Shown: positions 47,757 to 59,577, numbered from the stretch's first letter. The stretch is 64,000 nt of DNA from Candidatus Krumholzibacteriia bacterium (GCA_050174015.1 JBFXKG010000004.1:96001-160000), one strand, 5' to 3'. The notes: a model not told the origin generated them from the sequence alone. Numbers and translations are program-made.

Positions 47757-48658
47757 AGGAACTGGTGGTCCTCAGCGGCAAGGGCGGCACCGGCAAGACC
47801 AGCGTCACCGCGGCCCTCGCGGCCCTCGGGGCGGGCGCAGTGCTGGCCGACTGCGACGTGGACGCCGCCAACTTCCATCTCGTCCTCGGGACGCACGGCG
47901 AGGCGGCCCATCCCTTCGTGTCGGGACACACCGCGGTGATCCGGACCGGCGATTGCTCCGGCTGCGGCGAATGCGCCAGGCTCTGCCGTTTCGATGCCAT
48001 CCTGACTGAAACCGTCGCCGGCGGGATCCGGTTCCGGGTCGATCCGATCGCCTGCGAGGGCTGCGGCGTCTGCGTGCACTTCTGCCCCGGCGGGGCCATC
48101 GACTTCCCCTCGAGAACGTGCGGCTGGTGGGGAACCTCAAGGACACGGTTCGGCACCTTGATCCACGCCGCCCTCGACGTGGGCGCGGAAAACTCCGGCA
48201 AGCTGGTCACCCTGGTGCGGGAGCAGGCCCGCAAGGCCGCAATCGGTTCGGGCGCGGACCTGGTCCTGGTGGACGGCCCTCCCGGGATCGGCTGCCCGGT
48301 GACCGCCTCGCTCACAGGTGTGGACCTGGCCCTCCTGGTGACCGAACCGAGCCTGCCCGCCCTGCACGATCTCGGGCGGATCCGCGAACTCGCCCGGCAC
48401 TTCGCCGTGCCGGTGATGGTCTGCATCAACAAGTGGGATCTCAACCCCCGCCTGTCCGACCGCATCGCGGAATTCTGCCGGGACCAGGGCATTCCCGTCG
48501 TCGGCCGCCTCCCCTATGATCCCCTGGCCGGGGACGCCCAGATCGCCGGACTCAGCCTGGTGGAATTCGCCCCCGAATCCCCTGCCGCGAGGGCGCTCGC
48601 CGCCATGTGGGAAGACATCAGCGGCGCCCTCGCGGCCGCATCGCAACCGAAAGGATGA
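47753..48658 (+). CDS. MinD-superfamily P-loop ATPase with inserted 4Fe-4S ferredoxin (paralog)
   Basis: SGKGGTGKT, DCDVDA, two CxxCxxCxxxC, ENSGKLV, DGPPGIGCP. Confidence 0.9.
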   Translation: MKELVVLSGKGGTGKTSVTAALAALGAGAVLADCDVDAANFHLVLGTHGEAAHPFVSGHTAVIRTGDCSGCGECARLCRFDAILTETVAGGIRFRVDPIACEGCGVCVHFCPGGAIDFPSRTCGWWGTSRTRFGTLIHAALDVGAENSGKLVTLVREQARKAAIGSGADLVLVDGPPGIGCPVTASLTGVDLALLVTEPSLPALHDLGRIRELARHFAVPVMVCINKWDLNPRLSDRIAEFCRDQGIPVVGRLPYDPLAGDAQIAGLSLVEFAPESPAARALAAMWEDISGALAAASQPKG

Positions 48659-48662
48659 TTCC

Positions 48663-49001
48663 ATGCGCATCGCCGTTCCGGTCAACCAGGGCAAGCTCTC
48701 GGCCCACTTCGGCCACTGCGAACACTTCGCGTTGATCGAGGTCGACACCCGCGAGAAAACAATCATCGGGCAGGAAAGCGCCACCCCGCCTCCCCACGAA
48801 CCCGGCGTGCTGCCGGTCTGGCTGGCCGATCTGGGGGTGGAGCTGGTGCTGGCCGGAGGCATGGGGGGACGGGCCCAGCAGGCCCTGAACGCCAGGAACG
48901 TCCAGGTTCTCGTCGGCGTGCCCGAGCTGGATCCCGAAACCCTGGTCCGCGCCTGGCTCCAGGGGGAACTCCCCTCGGGCCTCAACTCCTGCGACCATTG
49001 A
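48663..49001 (+). CDS. NifB/NifX family protein
   Basis: SAHFGHCEHF, PPHEPG, GGMG, C-terminal CDH. Confidence 0.88.
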   Translation: MRIAVPVNQGKLSAHFGHCEHFALIEVDTREKTIIGQESATPPPHEPGVLPVWLADLGVELVLAGGMGGRAQQALNARNVQVLVGVPELDPETLVRAWLQGELPSGLNSCDH

Positions 49002-49017
49002 CCGCCTGGAGGAAGCC

Positions 49018-49455
49018 ATGAAGAAGCTGGGGATCATCATCTGCCACCGGTACCACACCTGCGCCGGGGGCAAGTGCTTCCGCTCGTTGCGGGAGCGTGA
49101 AGGCGCCTTCGCGAGATACGCGGGCGAGGAGGTCGAACTCGTGGGGTACACCACCTGCGACGGCTGTCCCGGCGGCAACGTGGAGTACGCTCCGGCCGAG
49201 ATGAAACGCAACGGGGCCGAGGTGGTCCATCTGGCCACCGGCCTGGTGGTGGGTTATCCACCCTGTCCCTACCTGGACTACTTCCGGGAGTACATCCCCC
49301 GCCAGTTCGGCCTCGAGGTGGTGGTCGGCACCCATCCCATCCCCGAGAAGTACCGCATCATCCACGATCAGCTGGGAACCTGGCAGGCGCCGTCGTTCCC
49401 CGATGACCTGAAGTCCCTGCTCGCCGACGAGCCGACGCGATTGGCCTACGACTGA
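49018..49455 (+). CDS. CGGC domain protein
   Basis: IIIC..CAGGKC, TCDGCPG, HLATG, PCP, GTH. Confidence 0.88.
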   Translation: MKKLGIIICHRYHTCAGGKCFRSLREREGAFARYAGEEVELVGYTTCDGCPGGNVEYAPAEMKRNGAEVVHLATGLVVGYPPCPYLDYFREYIPRQFGLEVVVGTHPIPEKYRIIHDQLGTWQAPSFPDDLKSLLADEPTRLAYD

Positions 49456-49464
49456 TCCGGACGG

Positions 49465-50127
49465 TCAGAAACCGACCCCGGCCATGATCGTGACGGCCTC
49501 GTTCTCGATGTCGAAGTAGATCTCTTTCAGGCCCCTGTCGTAGCGGACCTGGAACAGGTAGAGCCGTCCGTGCTTGAGGATCTCCACGCCGCCGCCGAAC
49601 ACCAGGCTGATATCCGTGGTTTCGTCGGTGTCGAGGTCCTCCTCGACGGATCCGCTGTCCTGGAGAACGTCGTTGGGGATCTCGCCCTTGACTTTGGCCG
49701 ACAATTCGAACCCCACCGCGGGCCCCGCGAAGACCACCGGACGGATGGTTTCCCCCTGGAAGAGGCTCACCGTCAGCAACGCCGGGATCTGGAGATAGTC
49801 CACGTTGTGGAAGAAGTCGTACTCGCCGAGATCCTCCCCGTTCTCGTTCACCGCCGTGAGGATCTGCTTGGCCCCCTTGCGGGCGTAGAGGGCCTCCGCC
49901 CTGAACCCGATCGGAGTGTCGAATCCCGTTCCGATGAACGCCCCGGCCTGGAACCCGTTCTTGCCGTCGAAGATGTCGCCTTCGATGAAACCACCGGGGA
50001 TCTCGTAGTCCCAGTCCGTCATGCTCCAGCCCCCGATGAGGCCCTTGACCAGTTCCGCGTCGGACGGCTCCGGCAGCACCGCCAGGACCAGGGCGATCAG
50101 GATGCCCGTCAGGTTTCTCTTCTTCAT
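49465..50127 (-). CDS. Outer membrane beta-barrel (porin/PorT-like) protein
   Basis: Signal peptide; YARKG, DYLQIP, RYDRGL; terminal Phe. Confidence 0.78.
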   Translation of the reverse strand: MKKRNLTGILIALVLAVLPEPSDAELVKGLIGGWSMTDWDYEIPGGFIEGDIFDGKNGFQAGAFIGTGFDTPIGFRAEALYARKGAKQILTAVNENGEDLGEYDFFHNVDYLQIPALLTVSLFQGETIRPVVFAGPAVGFELSAKVKGEIPNDVLQDSGSVEEDLDTDETTDISLVFGGGVEILKHGRLYLFQVRYDRGLKEIYFDIENEAVTIMAGVGF

Positions 50128-50251
50128 GGATCTCCCTCCAGGGTTGGAATGGCGCCTCTCCATTCTACTCCAGCCGTCCGCGCCGGAAAACCCCGGACTT
50201 GCCTGCCGCCCGGTCCATGCCCGATAGTCCCGGGAAACGAAAGGAACTCCC

Positions 50252-51397
50252 ATGTCCGAGAACATCATCGTGCTCGGGGGCGGTCTGGTCGGCGGCCCCA
50301 TGGCCCTGGACCTCGCCCGCGACGACCGTTTCACGGTGACCGTCGCCGACATCGATCCCGGAGTGCTCGAGGGGCTGGCGGCCCGCGGCCCCGTTCAGGG
50401 CGAGGCCTGCGACCTGTCCGACCCCGCCGCCGTCGCCGACCTGGTCCGGGACTTCGATCTGGTCGTCGGCGCCGTTCCCGGCCACATGGGTTTCGCCACC
50501 CTGGAGGCCGTCATCTCCGCCGGCCGGGACATCGTTGACATCGCCTTCTTCCCCGAAGATCCCTTCCTGCTCGATGCGGCGGCGAGGGCCCGGGGCGTGA
50601 CCGTGATCGTCGACTGCGGTGTGTTTCCCGGAATGGGCAGCGCCCTGGTCGGTCGCGCCGACCGCCTGTGCGACAGGTTGGATAGGGTTCTGGTCTATGT
50701 GGGCGGCCTGCCGAAAATCCGGCGCCAGCCCTTCGAGTACCGTGCCGTGTTCTCGCCCATCGACGTGATCGAGGAATACACCCGGCCCGCCCGCTACCGG
50801 GAAAACGGGAAGCTCATCGAACGGCCCGCGCTGTCCGACGTCGAGCTGGTCGAACTGTCCACGCTCGGCACCCTCGAGGCCTTCAACACCGACGGCCTGC
50901 GCACCCTGCTGGAGACGATCTCCGCCCCCGACATGAAGGAGAAGACCCTGCGCTACCCCGGACACGCCGCCAAGATGGCCCTGCTGCGGGAATGCGGGTT
51001 CTTCGGCGAGGAGCCGGTGGACGTCGGCGGACACCCCGTGCGGCCGGTGGACGTGACCGGGCGCCTGCTGTTCCCCATGTGGAAGCTGCAGCCCGGAGAG
51101 GGCGACGTCACGGTCATGCGCATCCTGGTCGAGGGGGTCCAGGCGGGGCGGAAGGTTCGCTGGACCTGGGACCTGTACGACGAGTTCGACCATGCCCTGG
51201 GCGTCTCGAGCATGGCCCGCACCACCGGCTACACCGCCACCATGGCCGTCCGGGCCATCGCCGACGGCGTCTACCGGGAACAGGGCGTATCGCCCCCCGA
51301 GTTCCTCGGGCGCGTCGACGGCTGCGTGGAGTACCTGCTCGCCGGCCTCGAGCAGCGGGGCGTCGTCTACCGGGAACAGCGGGAATTCCCGGACTGA
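50252..51397 (+). CDS. Saccharopine dehydrogenase / L-lysine 6-dehydrogenase family
   Basis: GGGLVG, DCGVFPG, VGGLP, EAFNTDG, KTLRYPGH, MARTTG. Confidence 0.88.
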   Translation: MSENIIVLGGGLVGGPMALDLARDDRFTVTVADIDPGVLEGLAARGPVQGEACDLSDPAAVADLVRDFDLVVGAVPGHMGFATLEAVISAGRDIVDIAFFPEDPFLLDAAARARGVTVIVDCGVFPGMGSALVGRADRLCDRLDRVLVYVGGLPKIRRQPFEYRAVFSPIDVIEEYTRPARYRENGKLIERPALSDVELVELSTLGTLEAFNTDGLRTLLETISAPDMKEKTLRYPGHAAKMALLRECGFFGEEPVDVGGHPVRPVDVTGRLLFPMWKLQPGEGDVTVMRILVEGVQAGRKVRWTWDLYDEFDHALGVSSMARTTGYTATMAVRAIADGVYREQGVSPPEFLGRVDGCVEYLLAGLEQRGVVYREQREFPD

Positions 51398-51406
51398 ATC
51401 ACCGGG

Positions 51407-52102
51407 TTACTCCCTGAACAGCGCCTTCACCGCTCCCCAGGTCGCCACAGCCGCCGGCACCGGTCGGTCGGTGTAGGTTTCCAGGCGATAGACCTGATCG
51501 ATGGTCTCCTCCACGATCCCTACGCCCCGGGAAATCCACCTTTCGACCAGGAGCGCATCTTTGGCCCCCACCGCCCGTCCGCAGACGTCATAGATCCCGT
51601 CGAAAAACAGCTTGGGGGGGCCCGAGGACGAACCCCTGAGGCCGAACGACGGGAAGTCCCCCGCGGGGACGGTCCGGATCCCCTCCTCCTCCACCACGAA
51701 ACCGAAGGTCCAGGTCCCGTAGAAGGCCATGGTGGGCAGGATGTAGAAATCCACCTGCTGGGTCCAGGTCTTGCCCAGCCAGAGCGGGGCGTCCACCCAG
51801 GTGATCGGCGGATCGTAGAAGGCCCCCACGAAACCGCGGGTCCAGCCGTGCAGCAGCACGCCCCCCTCGGGCCCCGGAGTCCAGTAGTTCACCAGGTCCG
51901 AATTTGCAGGGCTGACCGGGTGGGCGATGGGATAGACCTGACGGCCCTGGAAGTCCGTCAACTCGCCCACGATCCGCGTTTCGAGGCCGCCGTCGTCGAG
52001 GCGATAGTTCCAGAAGTATCCCGGCTGCAGTGGCAGGTATCCCTGCCCCAGGCAAGGAATGGCTGTCAACAGGGCCACCGTGATGATCAAACAGGTTTTC
52101 AT
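51407..52102 (-). CDS. Secreted hypothetical protein with C-terminal TWGAVKALFRE tail
   Basis: Signal peptide; YLPLQPG..WNY, TVPAGDF, W..GVGIV; tail VPAAVATWGAVKALFRE*. Confidence 0.75.
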   Translation of the reverse strand: MKTCLIITVALLTAIPCLGQGYLPLQPGYFWNYRLDDGGLETRIVGELTDFQGRQVYPIAHPVSPANSDLVNYWTPGPEGGVLLHGWTRGFVGAFYDPPITWVDAPLWLGKTWTQQVDFYILPTMAFYGTWTFGFVVEEEGIRTVPAGDFPSFGLRGSSSGPPKLFFDGIYDVCGRAVGAKDALLVERWISRGVGIVEETIDQVYRLETYTDRPVPAAVATWGAVKALFRE

Positions 52103-52209
52103 GATTCACCCCCGGACTTCAGGTCGCATTGGTTTCCGCTCCCTCGCCAAAATGATACTGCAAATCCAGCCCGGGGTGGGGGCCGGAACGGCAATAATCC
52201 GAATCCCCG

Positions 52210-52236
52210 TCAAGGGCTGCCGGAATCCGCCGATAG
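52210..52236 (+). promoter_or_regulatory. Sigma28 (FliA)-type promoter
   Basis: TCAAG-N14-GCCGATAG upstream of the hybrid kinase. Confidence 0.6.
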
Positions 52237-52246
52237 AATCGTCGAT

Positions 52247-54454
<2,208 letters not shown>

Positions 54455-54465
54455 GCTCCCGCACC

Positions 54466-55596
54466 ATGAACCCTTCATCGACCGGACCCGGCCGCATCGC
54501 GGGCGTCGACGCCCTGCGCGGTGCGACCATGGCCGCCATGATCGTCGTGAACAACCCGGGCTCGTGGAGCGCCATGTATCCCTGGCTGCAGCACGCCTCC
54601 TGGGGCGGTCCGATCGCTCCCGCCGATCTCATCTTCCCCACGTTCCTGTTCCTGGTCGGGGCGGCCACACCCCTGGCCATGGGTCGCGGTCTCGAGGCCG
54701 GCCTCCCACGGGGAGCCCTGCTGCGCAAGGCCGCCCGCCGCTCGGCCGAGCTGTTCCTGATCGGGGTGTTCCTGAACCTCTATCCCGATTTCTCGTTGAC
54801 CACCCTGCGGATCCCGGGGGTCCTGCAGCGCATCGCCGTGGTATTCCTTGCCTGCGCCTGCGCCTTCCTGTACCTCGGTCGGCGCAGGATCCTCCTGCTG
54901 GCCGTCGCCCTGGTCGGCGGGTACACCCTGGCGCTGGCGCTGATCCCGGTGCCCGGCCCCGGCGGGCCGGTCATCACCGAATCGGTCAGCCTGCCGGTCT
55001 GGCTGGACGACCGGATCCTCGGCGCGCACACCTGGCGGGGACCGGGCGACCCCGAAGGCATCCTGTCCACCTTCCCCGCGGTGGTCACCGGCCTGATCGG
55101 CGTCCTGGCGGGATCGGCCCTGCGGCGCCGGCCGCGGCCGGGATCCGCCTCCCTGGGGCTCGCCCTGGCGGGGGCGGCCCTGCTGGCGGGGGGCGCCCTG
55201 GCGTCCACCCTGCAATCCCCCATCAAGGAACTGTGGAACGCACCTTACGTCCTGCTGACCGGTGGCTGGGCCCTGGTGGCCACGGGGGCCTGCCTTCAGG
55301 TCGTCGATGGTCTGGGATGGCGACCGGGGCTGGGCCCGGTTCTCATCCTCGGCCGGCACGCCCTCAGCGCCTTCGTGGCCGCGCACCTGCTGTCCGATAC
55401 CGCCATCTCGGTGATCCGCTGGTCCGACGGAGCGGGCGGGACGATGTCGCTGCATCACTTCTTCAGGAGTATCCTGTTTACCAGCTGGCTGCCGCCCGAG
55501 GCGGCTTCGCTGGCCCAGTCGGTCGCGATGCTCGCCGTGATCACCGCGGGCCTGGCAATCTTCCGGGTTCTGTCGAGCCGAAGGAGTCCCGCGTGA
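54466..55596 (+). CDS. Heparan-alpha-glucosaminide N-acetyltransferase-like (NagX/DUF5009) membrane protein
   Basis: DALRG, VNNPGSW, ADLIFPTFLF, GVLQRI, DPEGILST. Confidence 0.88.
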   Translation: MNPSSTGPGRIAGVDALRGATMAAMIVVNNPGSWSAMYPWLQHASWGGPIAPADLIFPTFLFLVGAATPLAMGRGLEAGLPRGALLRKAARRSAELFLIGVFLNLYPDFSLTTLRIPGVLQRIAVVFLACACAFLYLGRRRILLLAVALVGGYTLALALIPVPGPGGPVITESVSLPVWLDDRILGAHTWRGPGDPEGILSTFPAVVTGLIGVLAGSALRRRPRPGSASLGLALAGAALLAGGALASTLQSPIKELWNAPYVLLTGGWALVATGACLQVVDGLGWRPGLGPVLILGRHALSAFVAAHLLSDTAISVIRWSDGAGGTMSLHHFFRSILFTSWLPPEAASLAQSVAMLAVITAGLAIFRVLSSRRSPA

Positions 55597-55763
55597 ACAT
55601 CTACTTCATCCTGTTCATCTCCCTGGTCGTCCTGCTGGTCGTAGGAGCCACGGTGATCTCCATCATCATGTCCACCACCGCCGGCACCGAGATGATGGAA
55701 TCGGCCTGGAGGAAAGCAGGCAAGCCCGGGGCGGACAAGGAGGACGATCCCCCCTCCGCCTGA
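55593..55763 (+). CDS. Small single-TM protein
   Basis: GTGA overlap with the upstream stop, AGGAG RBS, 56 aa with one hydrophobic helix. Confidence 0.6.
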   Translation: MNIYFILFISLVVLLVVGATVISIIMSTTAGTEMMESAWRKAGKPGADKEDDPPSA

Positions 55764-55858
55764 TTCCGCCTATCCCCACCGGCCGATCCCGCCTATAATC
55801 CGCCCGCTCACTCTGCTGAGACCACCGCGCCCCCCGGGGGCCGAGCACGGGCGGAACC

Positions 55859-57772
55859 ATGGGCAAGTTCTCCATCAACAACTTCACGGCGCTCGACGTC
55901 TTCTGGGCGGTCGCCTTCCTCCTGCTGATGGTCGGCGGCGCGGCCTTCTTCTACCGGCTGGCGCGGCGCAGCGAGAGTGACTTCTTCCTGGCGGGAAGGG
56001 GCCTGCCCTGGTGGCTGCCGGCCTCGTCGGTCTTCTCGACCCACACCGCCACCGACACGCCCATGTGGATCACCGGGGTGATCTACGCCAACGGGTTGCG
56101 CGGCCTGTGGTACACCTTCTTCACCGCCTGGACGGCCATCGGCGCCTTCGTCTCGGCGCGCATCTTCCGCCGCTCGCTGGCCTACACCCAGGCCGAGTGG
56201 CAGACCCAGCGCTTCGGCGGCCTGGGCGCCGAGATGCTGCGTGGCTGGATGGCGGGCTGGCAGGTGTTCATGAACATGTTCATCCTCGGCTGGGTGGGCA
56301 TCGCCATGGGCAAGGTCTGCGCCCTGGCCTTCGGCTGGCCGGTGTGGGTGGGGCTGGTCATTCCCAGCGTGATCACCGCCTTCTACACCCTGGCCGCCGG
56401 CTACTGGGGCGTGGTCATGGGCGACTTCCTGCAGGGCATCGTCGCCGTGTTCGCCATCGTGCTGGTCTCGCTGGTGGGGGTGGCTGCGGCCGGAGGACCC
56501 GCCGAGGTCACCGCCCGCATCACCGAGCTCGGGCATAGCTGGCGGCTGGACGCCTTCGCGTTCACCGGCTGGCTGAACGGGGACTTCCCCATCGTCTGGT
56601 GGCTCACGATGCTGGTGATCGCGGTGATCGGCGGCTTCGGCATGGGCACCAGCATCGACTGGTACGTCGAGGCCCAGCGCATCCAGTCGGCGAAGACCGT
56701 GCGCGACGCCACCTACGGCCTGTGGGCCGGCGGCGCGGTCACCCTGGTGCGCAACGGGTTCTGGGCCGCGGGCATCCTCGCCTTCTTCGCCATGCTGCCG
56801 GACATCGCCGACCAGGCGGAGTACGAGCTGGGCTGGTTCCGCCTGGGCTTCGAGCTGCTGCCCGCCGGCCTGGTGGGCGTGTTCTTCGGGGCCATCCTCG
56901 CCATCCACCTGTCGACCATCAGCAGCCACCTGAACCTGGGCGCGCTGTACTTCACCCGCGACATCTACCAGCGGTACATCAAGCCGGATGCGAGCGAATC
57001 GCGCCTGGTGTGGATGGGCCGCGCGGCCACCTTCGTGCTGCTGATCGGCTCGTTCTTCTACGGCCTGATGATGCAGGAGATCACCAAGTGGCTGATCTTC
57101 GCGCTGTGGCTGATGATGGCCGGCATCTGGCTGCCCAACATCCTGCAGGTGGTGTGGTGGAGGTTCAACGCCTGGGGCTACCTGGCCGGCTGGATGGCCA
57201 ACCTGGGCGTCTCGTGGCTGGTGGTGTGGATCCTGCCCGCGTTCGGGGTGATCCCCAAGCTGCCCGACCACTTGAACTTCTGGCTGCTGATGGCCCTGGG
57301 CGCGGTGATCTTCATCCCCGTGACCCTGGGCACGAAGCCCGAGAAGATGGACCGTCTCGTGCGCTACTACGTGATGACCCGGCCCATCGGCTGGTGGGGA
57401 CCGGTGCACCGTGAAGCCGTCAGGCGCGGGCTGATCCCCGAGACCGTCCCGGCCAAGGATGCGGGGCCGCGGCCGCTGATCCGCCGGGAGTGGACCCCCG
57501 AGCAGGCCGACGCCTGGACCCGCGAGGACTGGCTGGTGGTCGTCCTGTCGCCCCTGGCCATGGCAGGCCTGATGATCGGGGTCACCAAGTCCCTGCTCCT
57601 GCAGCCGGGCGGACTGCTGGTGCTGATCTCCGCGATCGCCTGCATCTTCCTGATCTACTGGATCATCGATCCCAAGCTGAGGGCGGTCTCGCAGGAATAC
57701 GAATCCCAGCAGGCGAGCTACGTCGAGCAGCTCGAACAGCGCCTGCGCTGGCAGGACGAAGGGGGGCGCTGA
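55859..57772 (+). CDS. Sodium:solute symporter family protein
   Basis: DFFLAGRGLPWW, QRIQSAK, STISSHLN, WWRFNAWG. Confidence 0.9.
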   Translation: MGKFSINNFTALDVFWAVAFLLLMVGGAAFFYRLARRSESDFFLAGRGLPWWLPASSVFSTHTATDTPMWITGVIYANGLRGLWYTFFTAWTAIGAFVSARIFRRSLAYTQAEWQTQRFGGLGAEMLRGWMAGWQVFMNMFILGWVGIAMGKVCALAFGWPVWVGLVIPSVITAFYTLAAGYWGVVMGDFLQGIVAVFAIVLVSLVGVAAAGGPAEVTARITELGHSWRLDAFAFTGWLNGDFPIVWWLTMLVIAVIGGFGMGTSIDWYVEAQRIQSAKTVRDATYGLWAGGAVTLVRNGFWAAGILAFFAMLPDIADQAEYELGWFRLGFELLPAGLVGVFFGAILAIHLSTISSHLNLGALYFTRDIYQRYIKPDASESRLVWMGRAATFVLLIGSFFYGLMMQEITKWLIFALWLMMAGIWLPNILQVVWWRFNAWGYLAGWMANLGVSWLVVWILPAFGVIPKLPDHLNFWLLMALGAVIFIPVTLGTKPEKMDRLVRYYVMTRPIGWWGPVHREAVRRGLIPETVPAKDAGPRPLIRREWTPEQADAWTREDWLVVVLSPLAMAGLMIGVTKSLLLQPGGLLVLISAIACIFLIYWIIDPKLRAVSQEYESQQASYVEQLEQRLRWQDEGGR

Positions 57773-57773
57773 C

Positions 57774-57893
57774 ATGGACAAGGGGTTGGTCACGCTCATC
57801 GGCATGAGCATCGCGTACGTGGCGTCGTTCCTGGGCCTGGGCCTGGCCTGGTGGAGCTGGCGCAAGCATCACCGGAAGGACGAAAGACGATGA
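57774..57893 (+). CDS. Small single-TM protein (39 aa)
   Basis: MDKGLVTLIGMSIAYVASFLGLGLAWWSWRKHHRKDERR*; starts 1 nt after the SSS stop. Confidence 0.6.
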   Translation: MDKGLVTLIGMSIAYVASFLGLGLAWWSWRKHHRKDERR

Positions 57894-58027
57894 ACGGACC
57901 GTTGCCCGCCGCCTCGCCCATCAGCGGATTCTTCTGGACCTGGATCGTCCCGGTGGCCCTGTTCACGCTGACCGCGGTGGCGACCTGGATGCTCTACCGG
58001 AACTTCTCCCGCAAGGGGCCCGACTAG
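57890..58027 (+). CDS. Small single-TM protein (45 aa)
   Basis: MNGPLPAASPISGFFWTWIVPVALFTLTAVATWMLYRNFSRKGPD*; ATGA overlap, AAGGA RBS. Confidence 0.6.
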   Translation: MNGPLPAASPISGFFWTWIVPVALFTLTAVATWMLYRNFSRKGPD

Positions 58028-58037
58028 TCACGCCCCT

Positions 58038-59522
58038 TCAACCGGCCGGTTTCGGATCCGCACCGGCGGCGCCGGTGGGACCGCGCCGCCGCTCGAGTTC
58101 CATGCGGACCTCGTACGCCTTCTCCTCCGTGATGGGGAAGCGCAGCACGGCCCAGAGGGCCAGGATCGAGGTCACGATGGGCACCCCCGCGTCGCAGAGC
58201 CGCATCAGGATGATCGATCGGGCCGTCTGCCCGGCGCCCAGTTCGACGTCGAATCCCGTGGCGTTCAGCAGGTAGCCCCCGCCCACCAGGGCCGCCGACA
58301 ACCCCAGCTTCACCATGAACCAGAAGATCGAGCCGAACATGCCCTCGCGGCGCTGGTGCGTCTTGAGCTCGTCGGTGTCCACGACGTCGGCGATCATGGA
58401 CGGCATCAGGGTGAACAGGCCGCCCAGGCTGAAGGCCAGCAGGGGAGCCGGAAGGATCACCATCCAGGGGATCTCCGGATTGTAGCAGACCCACTTGAGG
58501 GCGTAGCCGATGATCGCGACTCCGGTGGAAACGAAGAAGGCCTTGCGCTTCCCGATCTTCGTGGCCAGCCAGGTGACGAAGGCCACCACCGCGAAGGTGG
58601 ACACCCCGCCCACGGTGCCGGCAAGCCCGGCGTACTTGGCGCCCAGGGCCTGGTCCCCCTGCGCGACGTAGTAGATGATCACGTAGTACTGGAACGACGA
58701 GACCAGGATGAAACCGTTGAAGACCAGGAAGGTCGCGGCGCAGAGCTTCAGGAACGGCCCTGAATTGAGGGTCATCCCGAATCCCGTGAAGAACTCCTTG
58801 ATCTTTCCGGACAGCGTTCCCCGCAATCCGCCCTCCGCCGCGGCCACCTTCAGCATCCGCTCGCGCAGGAAGATCGCCGGCAGCACTCCCAGGCCGATGG
58901 CCACCACCGCCAGCACGACCGCCAGCCCCTTGGCTCCGGCGATCTGATCGGGTTCTCCGGCGGCATCCCGGAAGAAGTATCCCGAGTTCATGATCCACAG
59001 GAACCACGGCGAAACCACGTAGGCCAGCTGCGACACGAAGTTCTGCGTGCCCATCAGCCGCGTGCGCTCGTGGTAGTCGGGCGTCAGCTCGTAACCGAGG
59101 GCCACCCAGGGCGTGCAGAAGATGGTGAACCCTATGTAGAAGAGGATCGAGAAGACCAAAAACCAGGCGTAGATGGTCTTCTGGCCCCAGCTGGGATCGA
59201 AGCTCCACAGCAGGACGAAGCAGATGGCGGAGATGAAGGCCCCCGCGAAGATGAACGGGCGGCGGCGGCCCCAGCGGGTCCGGGCCCCGTCGGAGATGAA
59301 TCCCATCAGTGGATCGGTGATGGTGTCCGTGATGCGGGGCCAGAAGCCCAGCCAACCGATGAGCACCGGGTTCATGCCCAGTCCCAGGTTCAGGACGATC
59401 ATCATCCCGCCGCTCGCGGCCGACAGGAGGTTGTTGACGAACGCCCCGGCGCCGTACGCCAGCCGCTGGGGGATGGCGACGCGGTCTTCCGGCCTGGTTG
59501 CGTGGTGGGTGGACTCGCTCAT
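58038..59522 (-). CDS. MFS transporter, glycoside-pentoside-hexuronide (MelB/GPH) family
   Basis: DTITDPLMG..SD..RTRWGRRRPF, ELTPDYHERT, RREGMF. Confidence 0.92.
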   Translation of the reverse strand: MSESTHHATRPEDRVAIPQRLAYGAGAFVNNLLSAASGGMMIVLNLGLGMNPVLIGWLGFWPRITDTITDPLMGFISDGARTRWGRRRPFIFAGAFISAICFVLLWSFDPSWGQKTIYAWFLVFSILFYIGFTIFCTPWVALGYELTPDYHERTRLMGTQNFVSQLAYVVSPWFLWIMNSGYFFRDAAGEPDQIAGAKGLAVVLAVVAIGLGVLPAIFLRERMLKVAAAEGGLRGTLSGKIKEFFTGFGMTLNSGPFLKLCAATFLVFNGFILVSSFQYYVIIYYVAQGDQALGAKYAGLAGTVGGVSTFAVVAFVTWLATKIGKRKAFFVSTGVAIIGYALKWVCYNPEIPWMVILPAPLLAFSLGGLFTLMPSMIADVVDTDELKTHQRREGMFGSIFWFMVKLGLSAALVGGGYLLNATGFDVELGAGQTARSIILMRLCDAGVPIVTSILALWAVLRFPITEEKAYEVRMELERRRGPTGAAGADPKPAG

Positions 59523-59577
59523 GGGGTCATCTCGTCATCACGCTCCAGGGAAGAAGGCGGCGTCCCGGTTCGGGGGG

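Noticed and set aside
46540..49001. Nitrogen fixation genes
   Set aside because: NifB/NifX-family domains only; no nifHDK or nifEN in the window.
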